This document shows, piece by piece, positions 30,521-39,960 of a stretch of DNA of 64,000 bases. Position numbers and translations under genes: made by a program. The stretch is from positions 1 to 64,000 of IMG/VR virus record IMGVR_UViG_3300005077_000489. One strand, given 5' to 3'. Position 1 is the first letter of the stretch, and each line of letters starts with the position of its first letter. The DNA is from a virus (Duplodnaviria > Caudoviricetes). The notes beneath the pieces were generated by a model, which saw only the letters and a program-made list of their open reading frames with translations, did not search any database and had not been told where the DNA came from.

Positions 30521-31214
30521 AATTATGAGAGAAGCTGGGAGTATCTTAAGGGAGATTTTCAGCTTCTCTAAGAAAATGGTTTATGATGGTTATAGTTTTT
30601 CAGAAATTGATTCTGAGATAGGAAAGGCTTTAAAACTTTATGGTGCTAAATCAGGATTATTATTACAAGGCTTCCCAGGTAATATGTCATATTCTATTGA
30701 TTACGAGGTTATACAAGGGTTACCGGATAACCGAAAAGCCCAGATTGGTGACTTAGTTTCTTTGGACATGACTTTATATTACGGCGGCTTTTTTGTAGAT
30801 AAAGCAACGACATTCCTTATACCTCCTGCCACATATGAGAAGCATTATTTGGTCTCATCCATTAATAAATGCTTGTCACACGCCATACAAAACATCTCCG
30901 AAGAAATAACTCTTGGTCAATTTGGAAGAATTATAGATACTTATGTTAGAGGATTAGGCTTGAGGATTGCTTATCAGTTTTCTGGACATATGATTGGGGA
31001 ACAACCACATATGGAACCATTAATATTGAATTTCGATGATGGTAGTAATGCAAAGGTGCCGAAAGACTCTTATCTTTGTATTGAACCTGTTATTATGTAT
31101 GATAATTATACTATAGAATATGCTGGTGAGACAACAGTAAAGGCTAATGTTTTAAGTGCTCATGCGGAGGAGACTGTCTATTTAAGTTCTGGTAGAGTGG
31201 AGGTAATCACGTAG
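30501..31214 (+). CDS. map: Methionine aminopeptidase (M24A)
   Basis: MREAGSIL; metal ligands in SLDM, FVDK, GHMIG, IEP and HAEET. Confidence 0.88.
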   Translation: MTKTKYKIMREAGSILREIFSFSKKMVYDGYSFSEIDSEIGKALKLYGAKSGLLLQGFPGNMSYSIDYEVIQGLPDNRKAQIGDLVSLDMTLYYGGFFVDKATTFLIPPATYEKHYLVSSINKCLSHAIQNISEEITLGQFGRIIDTYVRGLGLRIAYQFSGHMIGEQPHMEPLILNFDDGSNAKVPKDSYLCIEPVIMYDNYTIEYAGETTVKANVLSAHAEETVYLSSGRVEVIT

Positions 31215-31549
31215 TGTTAAATCTGATAATATTTATGTTGTTGACATATTCCATGTCAAGTATAATTGTAGAACAAAAGATATTTGAAGAAGTTAGGGTG
31301 TGGTTAAAGACTTGTGAGTTACGCAATAGTTATATAAAGACTAAAATTTGTCAATTGATATCGTGCATGTTTTGTACCGGATTTTGGTGCGGGGCTTTTA
31401 TAACTGGAGTAACCGGTTTTAATATTTTTAATATTGGTATTTTCGATCCCTTTTTGGGGGGTTTATTAGGTGGCGTATCCTCTTGGGTAATACATCTCTT
31501 TATGGAATATATATCCATTAAACTGGAGAAACAGGGAATAAAAGTATAA
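31214..31549 (+). CDS. DUF1360-like membrane protein
   Basis: Hydrophobic helices with an LISCMFCTGFW motif. Confidence 0.6.
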   Translation: MLNLIIFMLLTYSMSSIIVEQKIFEEVRVWLKTCELRNSYIKTKICQLISCMFCTGFWCGAFITGVTGFNIFNIGIFDPFLGGLLGGVSSWVIHLFMEYISIKLEKQGIKV

Positions 31550-31558
31550 GGGAGTGTA

Positions 31559-32032
31559 ATGATAATAATGGTATATTGGGGTGACGACGAACAATCAGAA
31601 AAAGCACGTAGAGCCGAGCGTCTTAAAAAGAAGAAGCAGGGCGAAACTTTTATAGAACCTCCGGTGTCGCAACTTAATGACACAGAAATGATGGAACTTT
31701 TGAGGAAACAATCTGAACAACTTGGGCAGTTACAAGATTTTCTAATTTTACAGCAAAAGGTGCTGAAAGAATTGAAAGAAGAGAGTAAGAAAACTAAGGA
31801 AGTACATATTATAGAAAAAGTAATTGCTTCTGAAGATGCCCAGATTACGATAGCAGAAAATAAGAAACTTATTTTACCCGAGTTGAATGAGGATTTGGGC
31901 TCAGACCTAATTGATAAGTCAGGTATTGAAGTTAGCGGAGGGGAAATAGGTCATAATAAATCAGATGGTCTTAATATATCTGACCGTATAAAAAGATTAA
32001 AGGAATTGAAAGATAAGAATGGAGGAAAATAA
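31559..32032 (+). CDS. Coiled-coil protein directly upstream of the actin-like gene
   Basis: Heptad-rich, charged 157-aa ORF; TAATG coupling to the next gene. Confidence 0.65.
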   Translation: MIIMVYWGDDEQSEKARRAERLKKKKQGETFIEPPVSQLNDTEMMELLRKQSEQLGQLQDFLILQQKVLKELKEESKKTKEVHIIEKVIASEDAQITIAENKKLILPELNEDLGSDLIDKSGIEVSGGEIGHNKSDGLNISDRIKRLKELKDKNGGK

Positions 32033-33063
32033 TGTCGGAAGTATTTTTACCAAATAAAGGTGTAGACATAGGTACATCATATATTGTTGTTGCCAAGCAG
32101 AAGGATGACGGTAATGTCTCTTTCGTGTCTGAAAGAGATGCTTTTTTTACTATAGAGCCCAAGACCGCACAGCAGGCTAAGCTAATAGAGAATATGTTAA
32201 TAAAACGTGGTGCATTTACTTTAAAATCAGATGGTAAATTTTACGTTGTCGGTCAGTGTGCTATCGATTTGGCTAATGAGCGTAATTCTGAGGTATCTAG
32301 ACCACTAAAACGTGGGGTACTGACAGCAGATAATATTGATAGTTTCGGAATGTTGGCTGTAGTTATCGAGGCTCTAGTTGGTAGAGCAACTGTTGATGGG
32401 GAGACTTGCACATATTGTTATCCTGCAGACCCTGTGGATGCTACCTACAATGTGATTTATCACAAGAATAGATTGAATGAAATTTTTAAAGATTTAGGAT
32501 ATAGCCCTATAAGCGTTCTGGAAAGTGAGGCATTAGCTTACTCGGAATTGTTAGAAGATGAATTGACCGGTATAACTATCAGTTGTGGTGCAGGCATGTT
32601 TAATACCACAGTGTCTTATTTAGGAGAGTCCATAGACTCTTTTTCTATTTCGCGGGGAGGAGATTGGATTGATTCCATGGTCGCTAGAAACTTTAATTTA
32701 CCGGAATCGGTTATACAAGCCGAGAAAGAAGATGGTTTAGATTTGCTAATAAATTATGATAAAGGTTCCTTATCAGGTAGAATCAAGAAGAATTTAATAG
32801 ACTTTTATGAGGAATTAATAAATTATTATGTGGCTGTGCTTTCAGCCAAACTTAAAAATATAGAAAATTTACCTAAGTTTAAAAATCCTCTAAATGTTGT
32901 TATCTCTGGTGGTACTTCTTTAGCCACTGGTTTTATCGATAAGTTTATAGTAGCTATGAATAATAATACTTTTCCGTTCGTGATAGGGGAGGTAAGGCAC
33001 GCTGAATCACCTTTAACTTCAGTGGCTAATGGTTGTTTAATCTATAGCCAGTTGGAGTCGTAA
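32032..33063 (+). CDS. Actin-like ATPase (Mad28/MamK/MreB-related)
   Basis: Phosphate-1 GVDIGTS, connect-1 LESEALAYSEL, phosphate-2 ISCGAG, GGDWID, adenosine VISGGTS, connect-2 SVANGCL. Confidence 0.88.
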   Translation: MSEVFLPNKGVDIGTSYIVVAKQKDDGNVSFVSERDAFFTIEPKTAQQAKLIENMLIKRGAFTLKSDGKFYVVGQCAIDLANERNSEVSRPLKRGVLTADNIDSFGMLAVVIEALVGRATVDGETCTYCYPADPVDATYNVIYHKNRLNEIFKDLGYSPISVLESEALAYSELLEDELTGITISCGAGMFNTTVSYLGESIDSFSISRGGDWIDSMVARNFNLPESVIQAEKEDGLDLLINYDKGSLSGRIKKNLIDFYEELINYYVAVLSAKLKNIENLPKFKNPLNVVISGGTSLATGFIDKFIVAMNNNTFPFVIGEVRHAESPLTSVANGCLIYSQLES

Positions 33064-33077
33064 TAAGGAGAGAAGCC

Positions 33078-33368
33078 ATGAATATAGAAGAAACTGTAGT
33101 AATAAATGGATTCGCGTGGATCGATGATGAAACTGGTGAGTTGGTGTGGGCATATAGGGAAGAGTTTGATGGAGTGAAACCCTCAGATAGACCTGCCGGG
33201 GCGACGCCGGTAATTATAGAAATTACTCCTTCTGACGAGTGGGTGACCAAACAACAATCCGGTGGTGATAAGGAATTTTTGGGAGACTTACAAAAGCAAT
33301 TGATTTATTTTAAGGATGAGTTAGATAAAATACAACGTTCTATGAGAGTGGAGGCGGAGAATGGCTAA
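33078..33368 (+). CDS. Hypothetical protein
   Basis: 96-aa ORF with GGAG RBS. Confidence 0.65.
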   Translation: MNIEETVVINGFAWIDDETGELVWAYREEFDGVKPSDRPAGATPVIIEITPSDEWVTKQQSGGDKEFLGDLQKQLIYFKDELDKIQRSMRVEAENG

Positions 33369-33651
33369 TTATGTAAGATCAGAGAGTCTTGGAGAACCAT
33401 ATGGAGAAGACCGGAGTGAAATGACGCCTACAAGGAGAAAACATATCCATAAGCATCGGAAGTGGGCTGATACTTATGGTCCAAAACTACCGTATGACTT
33501 CGGTATTTTTAAACCTAAGTTGGGTAAACACACCAGGGAATTTATTATAGAATGCGAATGTGGTCATCATATGTATGTTAGTAAAATAACTAAAGCCATA
33601 ATATGTTCCCGTTGTAATACTCTCTGTAATGTGGAGATTGGTGATGAGTGA
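33361..33651 (+). CDS. Hypothetical Zn-ribbon protein
   Basis: CECG...CSRC motifs. Confidence 0.65.
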   Translation: MANYVRSESLGEPYGEDRSEMTPTRRKHIHKHRKWADTYGPKLPYDFGIFKPKLGKHTREFIIECECGHHMYVSKITKAIICSRCNTLCNVEIGDE

Positions 33652-34144
33652 AGATTATATAAAATATATATTTGATGTAATAGACGGAAAGGTTAAGTTT
33701 GATAAAATTGACCAAAAGAAGCGAGGGAGGAAACCTGGTTATAAGCACTCCGCTGTAACTAGAGAGAAAATAGCGGATAGAATGCGGAACAGAGTAAAAT
33801 CTGATGAGATAAGAGATAAGATTTCAAGTTCATTAAAAGGGAGGTCTAAACCAGAGGAAGTGAAAGATAAGATTTCTAAGGCAAAGACAAAACATACTAT
33901 TTCTGCAGATTTATTAAATCAATACACCGGAAGAATAAAAGAAAAAGACGTGTCTATGTCTACGGCAGAGTGGCTAGAAAGGTGCGGTCATAGCCGAAAG
34001 GAGATTAAGCGTTGGATTGAGGAGAACTATGAGGCATTTAATGACTGTGATGATATTTGTACCGAAAGTTATTTAAAGGCTTTATCTATAAAAGAAGAAG
34101 CGATTTTGGAAGAATATAGTCAACATCCTGAAGACTGGAGATAA
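33629..34144 (+). CDS. NUMOD3-motif DNA-binding protein
   Basis: Repeats HSAVTREKIA, KSDEIRDKISSSLKG and KPEEVKDKISKAK; no nuclease motif seen. Confidence 0.7.
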   Translation: MWRLVMSEDYIKYIFDVIDGKVKFDKIDQKKRGRKPGYKHSAVTREKIADRMRNRVKSDEIRDKISSSLKGRSKPEEVKDKISKAKTKHTISADLLNQYTGRIKEKDVSMSTAEWLERCGHSRKEIKRWIEENYEAFNDCDDICTESYLKALSIKEEAILEEYSQHPEDWR

Positions 34145-34148
34145 GCGT

Positions 34149-34823
34149 ATGTCAGAGGATAAAAAAGAAAAGCGTGTTTGGTCCTATCAATTAAAGGAGC
34201 AGAAACAACGTGCCAAGAAGGCTGGTAAGAAGGTAGTTAATGAAAGTTTTAATCCTAAATCTAAGGAGAACTTGATTCAATATTCCAGACCTAAATTAGA
34301 GAAGGAAAAGGAAAAAATAAAAAAAGATATAGTAAAAGACCCCAGTATTGATATAGACGAGGAAATGTTAGAAATAATTATTCCCACCAAAAGTATATTT
34401 AGTCCAGAAGAATCCAAACGTTTTTTCTTAATGTTCAAATTACATATAAAAGAACTTTCAGAAAATGATTCAAAACTAACAGTCTCAGATATGAAGGCTG
34501 TAGCTAAATTATGCAAAAACACTATACTAGAAGATAGGTTATTGGAGGTAGCTAAGAAATCGAAAGATGGTGAGGCTATAACGAGTATGATGGCTTCCAT
34601 CGATAAGCTAAATAAGGACACAGAAAAATTAACTGAAAAACTTGCTACGGATAGAAAGCAGAGGATAGACCCTAGAGCAGGTAAAGATATAACAGTTAAT
34701 GATATTTTGTTTTTAGTGGATGAAGAGAGACAAAAAGGTATAGATAAACTTAGGATTTATAAAGAGGAAGAAGATAAGATAAAGGATAAGGTTAAGAGTT
34801 CTATAGAGGAAATGATTACGTAA
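34149..34823 (+). CDS. Helical protein preceding terminase; candidate small terminase subunit
   Basis: Position directly upstream of terL and basic/coiled-coil composition only. Confidence 0.4.
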   Translation: MSEDKKEKRVWSYQLKEQKQRAKKAGKKVVNESFNPKSKENLIQYSRPKLEKEKEKIKKDIVKDPSIDIDEEMLEIIIPTKSIFSPEESKRFFLMFKLHIKELSENDSKLTVSDMKAVAKLCKNTILEDRLLEVAKKSKDGEAITSMMASIDKLNKDTEKLTEKLATDRKQRIDPRAGKDITVNDILFLVDEERQKGIDKLRIYKEEEDKIKDKVKSSIEEMIT

Positions 34824-36617
34824 ATGGGTAATTTTTTAAATGATGCAACACGGTCGGAAGTAGAGATGTGGCGTAAATTTCCGGGTTACGCTGCTAATAG
34901 ATTATTGTACTTACCCACCTCAGAGAACAGATTTGCTCAATATAATATGATACCAGTACAACGTGTAGTTGCTAATAAGGTTTGGCGTGGTACTAGTGGT
35001 ATCGTAGTGGCTTGCCGTGGTTGGGGAAAAACCAGGATGGCTGCCGTATTGGCAATACTTAAAGCATGGTTGTGGCCCGGTCGAAGAGTCGGATGCCTCT
35101 CAGCATCTTTTCGTCAGTCGAAACAGATATTTGAAGAGATAGAAAAAATTTGGGCTGGTTCACCTCTACTACAACAATCTACTACTCGTCACCCTATCAT
35201 GTCTAATGATGCTTGTAAATTAGACTTTAAGTCTATTCCAGGCTCAGACCCCTCCACTATTCGGGCTCTCCCCCTCGCAGATGGAACCAAAATAAGAGGA
35301 CAACGTTTTCACACCATCATCGTGGATGAGTGCGTACATGTGCCGGAAGACGTTTTTAATATGGTTATTCGACCAATGGCTGCTACTCATCAGGACCCTA
35401 TTAGAGCTATGTGGGTTGGTGAGGAGAAAGAGAAAATATGGGAAGATTCTTCTTTATCAGAAGATGAGAAACTTATACAGATAAAAATGTTGGATGAAGG
35501 TACAGATAACCAAATAATTATGTTAACATCCGGTTATTATTCTTTCAATTATGTATATAAATTATATTGCAGTTATAGTGATCGTATGCATGGTAGATTC
35601 ACTAATATGGATGAAAGCATACGTTCGGAGTTTTCTGGATTTCAAGAGGATAATCCAGAAGATTATGCTACTTTCCAAATCCCATACCAGGCTCTAACCA
35701 GTGATAGGTCTACGAAGCACTTCTTTGATTTAAGAGGGTTAGAGCGTGCTAAGACAGACATGAATCGGTTACAGTTCAGGATGGAATATGAGGCGGCTTG
35801 GATACAAGATACCGGTGGGTGGTTTAAAACATCTGACATAGAAGCCTGTAGTCCTACCAAATTAGGTTTTAATTTGCCAGTACAAACCAGGGGGACGCTA
35901 GGGAAAGAATACGTTTTGGGGTTAGACCCGGCTCGCCACAGAGACGCATTTGCTTTTGTAATAGCAGAATATGACCCTACTTTTGGTGCTAAGTTCGTCT
36001 ATGCTGAGCAACATTTTGGGGATGCAGCGTACACACCTAAAATGGTTAAGAGAATCTTTGAATTAGCTAACGAATTTAATATAGTAAGAATAGGAATGGA
36101 CCAAGGCGGCGGCGGTATTCAAGTTGCTGACTATTTGGCTGAGGGTACACTAGACAGTTTACCTATATATAACATGGAAGAAGAGAAGTATCGTGGTCTC
36201 CGCGGGCAGCATATTTTGAAGGTAGTAAATTTTAATTCTTCTTGGATAGAAGAAGTGCATAACCGTGCATATAATTTATTACAGAGACGCCAAATGGCAT
36301 TTCCTGCTCTTAGCATAGAGGGTGGTATAACAGATAATCAACAAGGTCTTTTTAAGTCTATATACGATACTGTAGAACGTATGAAGACACAGATATTGAG
36401 TATAGAACCTTCTCAGACACGTTTAGGCGGAAGATTAAAATTTGATTTACCTGAGGAGGGCGGTGGTCTGGACCAACACAAAGACTTATATTCGGCTTGG
36501 TTAATTGTTTGTGATATTATATATCAATTTTTAGAGAGAAAGAACGTAGCACAATTTAGAATGCCACAAATAGGGATTATTACTCCTCGTAGGGGTAGAT
36601 ATGGAATGTGGCTTTAA
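34824..36617 (+). CDS. terL: Terminase large subunit
   Basis: Walker A ACRGWGKT, IRGQRFHTIIVDE (Walker B), coupling motif MLTSG, nuclease LGLDPAR, IGMDQGGGG, HKDLYSA. Confidence 0.93.
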   Translation: MGNFLNDATRSEVEMWRKFPGYAANRLLYLPTSENRFAQYNMIPVQRVVANKVWRGTSGIVVACRGWGKTRMAAVLAILKAWLWPGRRVGCLSASFRQSKQIFEEIEKIWAGSPLLQQSTTRHPIMSNDACKLDFKSIPGSDPSTIRALPLADGTKIRGQRFHTIIVDECVHVPEDVFNMVIRPMAATHQDPIRAMWVGEEKEKIWEDSSLSEDEKLIQIKMLDEGTDNQIIMLTSGYYSFNYVYKLYCSYSDRMHGRFTNMDESIRSEFSGFQEDNPEDYATFQIPYQALTSDRSTKHFFDLRGLERAKTDMNRLQFRMEYEAAWIQDTGGWFKTSDIEACSPTKLGFNLPVQTRGTLGKEYVLGLDPARHRDAFAFVIAEYDPTFGAKFVYAEQHFGDAAYTPKMVKRIFELANEFNIVRIGMDQGGGGIQVADYLAEGTLDSLPIYNMEEEKYRGLRGQHILKVVNFNSSWIEEVHNRAYNLLQRRQMAFPALSIEGGITDNQQGLFKSIYDTVERMKTQILSIEPSQTRLGGRLKFDLPEEGGGLDQHKDLYSAWLIVCDIIYQFLERKNVAQFRMPQIGIITPRRGRYGMWL

Positions 36618-36629
36618 AGGAATATTATA

Positions 36630-38621
36630 ATGGAAGAGAAAGATTATATAAATGCTAAACAAGAATTACTGGATTTCGGTGAAGCAGAATTGGTGGGTTC
36701 TTATCGAGGTTCAGAAGAGGGTCAAAGAAAGTTAGTATTTAAGAAGAAATCATTAGCATATTTGAGAAGTGAGGAGCAGCCTAATACCTTTTTCCACGGC
36801 GTGCCTCCTAATATGAAATATAAATTGAAACAGCATGCTGCTATTATGTACCGAGATACGTTGATGCGGTCTGACCTGGACTTGGCTAAACCAGATGTTG
36901 TAAATGAAGCTCCGCATGCCTTATACATGAAGGTTAGGGGTTATTATAGGTCCAAGGACGTATTCGGTGCTTTTATTGATGCTTTAGTTAATTTAACTAT
37001 ATCTGGTTTTGAAAATGATTGCGAAGACCCAAAAATAAAAGAATTCTATGACAATTGGTGCCAAGATATAGATATAGAACAAGTACTAGATTGGGTACTG
37101 CAAGAGTTTTATACCTCGGGATTAGTAAGAACTTATAAAGTTTTGGGTAAGTATGAACCACAAATAAATACATTAAAGAAGGTAGTGAAGCCGCCTGAAC
37201 CCAATGCTCCTAAGAAGGCTAAAGCTGAGAGTTATAAGGAATATCAAAAATTAAGAAATATGTGGGAAGCCGGTACTGTTCTAGAAGTACAACCCGGAGA
37301 GAATTATAAGGAATATTCGGAGCGTAAGAAAAGGTGGTCTAAAGGATATGTACCTATTGGCTATACTGTATTAAATCCTACTGAGTTCGAGATTAAGGGT
37401 GCATTGGTTTTTAATCAAACTAGGGTGGTTATGACACCTAATGAGGAACTTGTGGAACTTCTGAAAAAAGAAGATACTAGTACAGAATTAACAGACGGAG
37501 AAAAGGCTATAATAGATAATATACCTCCTGAGATAAAATCTGCCATAAGGAACAATAAGGAGTTTGAACTTGACCCTATGTACGTAGGTGAGGTTGATTA
37601 TCGTAGAATGCCTTTTGAACGCTATCCTATTCCTAAAGCCGCTAGAGCATTAGAGGTTCTTGATTACAAAGAAGCTTTACGTGAAGCGGATTATAGTACT
37701 ATAGACGGTATCACTTCTGAGGTCTTAGTAATCACAATAGGTGATAAAGATAACCCGGTTACAGATCTTGAGGAACTGCGAATTGTGGCTGAGTTATTCG
37801 ATACCCCGCAAAAGGCTTATCAAGTAGTATGGAATCACACACTTAAAGTGGAGCGGATAGAAGCGAAAAATATAGACCAGATTTTTGGTGCTAAAAAATT
37901 TGAACAAGCAGAAAAAGATCTTTCTGGTTCTCTAGGAATACCACGCGGGTTAATAGACGGAGTTATGATAGGAGAAACTAATAAAGATGCTTTGCTGCTG
38001 TCTAGCAAGTCTTTAGCGGCAGAGATATCATACGCTAGGAGGCAAGTCTCCCGGTGGATTTATAAAGAGTACAAACAGATAGCAGAAGCATATGATTTTG
38101 ATAGGTACCCGGCGGTAAGATGGAATGAAATGATACTTAAAGATGAACTGGCTATGAAGACCTTGGTACAAGGCTTAGTAGATAGACGTATTATTTCTTA
38201 CCATACAGCGATTAAACTACTAGGGCATGACCCAGAGTTCGAAAAACAAATGCTTTCTAGTGAATTAAAGGATGTGGAAAACGGTAAGTACGGAATTATT
38301 GGTTCTCCTTTCCAACAAAACAAGGGTGGCGATAATGTACAGGATACGCAGAAAGCTCCTAAGGGTTCTCCTTCTAGTGGTCGTCCCCCGAATCAACCAG
38401 CACCAAAGACACCAAGTCCCGCTACGCCAGACGGCAAGGTGAAAGAAGTTATAAAGAAAGAGACCAAAGAAGTAAAAGAGGTGCACCGTAAAGCAGCGGG
38501 GCTAGAAGAATTGGATAGCCTGACTTTGGAAGAAATAGAACGTATGCAAAAGGTTTTAGAATTAGCAAAACATAGAAAGGAAGAACAATTAGGTAACTTA
38601 ATGGAAGATACAGAGGTTTAA
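36630..38621 (+). CDS. Portal protein
   Basis: Follows terL; 663 aa helical; VDYRRMPFERYPIP and LREADYSTIDG...ILVITIG-type segments as in large-phage portals. Confidence 0.8.
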   Translation: MEEKDYINAKQELLDFGEAELVGSYRGSEEGQRKLVFKKKSLAYLRSEEQPNTFFHGVPPNMKYKLKQHAAIMYRDTLMRSDLDLAKPDVVNEAPHALYMKVRGYYRSKDVFGAFIDALVNLTISGFENDCEDPKIKEFYDNWCQDIDIEQVLDWVLQEFYTSGLVRTYKVLGKYEPQINTLKKVVKPPEPNAPKKAKAESYKEYQKLRNMWEAGTVLEVQPGENYKEYSERKKRWSKGYVPIGYTVLNPTEFEIKGALVFNQTRVVMTPNEELVELLKKEDTSTELTDGEKAIIDNIPPEIKSAIRNNKEFELDPMYVGEVDYRRMPFERYPIPKAARALEVLDYKEALREADYSTIDGITSEVLVITIGDKDNPVTDLEELRIVAELFDTPQKAYQVVWNHTLKVERIEAKNIDQIFGAKKFEQAEKDLSGSLGIPRGLIDGVMIGETNKDALLLSSKSLAAEISYARRQVSRWIYKEYKQIAEAYDFDRYPAVRWNEMILKDELAMKTLVQGLVDRRIISYHTAIKLLGHDPEFEKQMLSSELKDVENGKYGIIGSPFQQNKGGDNVQDTQKAPKGSPSSGRPPNQPAPKTPSPATPDGKVKEVIKKETKEVKEVHRKAAGLEELDSLTLEEIERMQKVLELAKHRKEEQLGNLMEDTEV

Positions 38622-38635
38622 TATGGAGGAGTGGT

Positions 38636-39943
38636 ATGCCAGAAGTATGTGGTGCTTGGACAAAAACAGAAGACACATTTTTGATAGAAAATGCACATAA
38701 AGGTATCAAATGGTTAATAGAGAAGACGGGTCGTACTAAGGATTCTATTACTAAAAGAGCATCTAACTTGCGTGTATCTCTTAGGTCTGTTGTTTTTCTA
38801 AAGCCTTTTACTAAAGAAGAAGACCAATTTATAATAGATAATTATGATTCGCTTTCGTGGAAACAAATTAGTGAGAAATTAGGTTTTAAGATGACTACTG
38901 TTAGGAAACGAGCGAAAAAGTTGGGTTTAAGTGGTGATAGAGATAAATTTATTGATAGGGCTAGAAAAGAAAGAGATGCTATCTGGACTGAAGAAGAAGA
39001 TACTATTTTGAAAAATAATATACATACCAATTATGTGGATATACAAAGGTTACTACCCAAGAAGCGATCTATCGGTGCGATACAAGTTAGATTTTATAAG
39101 TTAGGTATAAATGTTTATAGAGGCGGAACGCAGTGGACAGAGAAGGAATTAGAAATTGTTACCAACAATTATGAGTTAATGACTTTTAGGGAAATAAATA
39201 ATTTATTACCATATAGAAGTTTTGAGTCAGTTAAATTGAAGGGACGATCTCTTATAAAAGAAAATAATGTTGATAGGTCTGCCGTAATACATAGGGCTCT
39301 TTCTAAATATAGAGTAAACAAAGATTATTTTAAGATTTTGACACGTGAAAATTGTTATTGGTTGGGTTTCATTGCAGCAGATGGTTGTGTACAGCCCAGA
39401 GATAAAGGTATAAAATTTGGTTTGTCTATAAAGGATCACTGGCATTTGGAAAGATTTTGTTATTGTGTAGATTTTAATGGCCCCGTATACACGGCAAGAC
39501 GAAGAGTTAGATTACCACAAGGAAACTACGGTACTTATGAAATATCTAGCCTAACTATTAATGCGGTTCCTGAGTGGCTGGAAGATCTTGAGAAACATGC
39601 TAATATTGTTCCCAAGAAATCCCTTGTGTTAAAAGCACCTAACATATATAAGAAAGATTTAGTTTTTAGTTACATTTGCGGTTATATAGATGGTGATGGT
39701 TCTATTACTACTGAGGAAAAGAGGGATAATGTCAAAATTCAGATAATGGGCACTGAATCTGTTATGTCATATATTAAATATTGGTTTGATAAGGAGTTTG
39801 TTACCCATAAGAGATTAGCTTCTATTTATAAACGCGGGAACATCTTCGCCTATAGTTTATCTGGTAAAAGAGCCAAAGAAATAATTTCATATATAAAATC
39901 TTTAGGTGTACCTAAATTATCAAGAAAATGGGATAAGATATAA
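38636..39943 (+). CDS. LAGLIDADG endonuclease with four N-terminal Myb/SANT-like repeats
   Basis: Repeats WTKTED, FTKEED, WTEEED and WTEKEL; YWLGFIAADG and YICGYIDGDG motifs. Confidence 0.88.
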   Translation: MPEVCGAWTKTEDTFLIENAHKGIKWLIEKTGRTKDSITKRASNLRVSLRSVVFLKPFTKEEDQFIIDNYDSLSWKQISEKLGFKMTTVRKRAKKLGLSGDRDKFIDRARKERDAIWTEEEDTILKNNIHTNYVDIQRLLPKKRSIGAIQVRFYKLGINVYRGGTQWTEKELEIVTNNYELMTFREINNLLPYRSFESVKLKGRSLIKENNVDRSAVIHRALSKYRVNKDYFKILTRENCYWLGFIAADGCVQPRDKGIKFGLSIKDHWHLERFCYCVDFNGPVYTARRRVRLPQGNYGTYEISSLTINAVPEWLEDLEKHANIVPKKSLVLKAPNIYKKDLVFSYICGYIDGDGSITTEEKRDNVKIQIMGTESVMSYIKYWFDKEFVTHKRLASIYKRGNIFAYSLSGKRAKEIISYIKSLGVPKLSRKWDKI

Positions 39944-39960
39944 TTTGGAGGTAGATTGGA

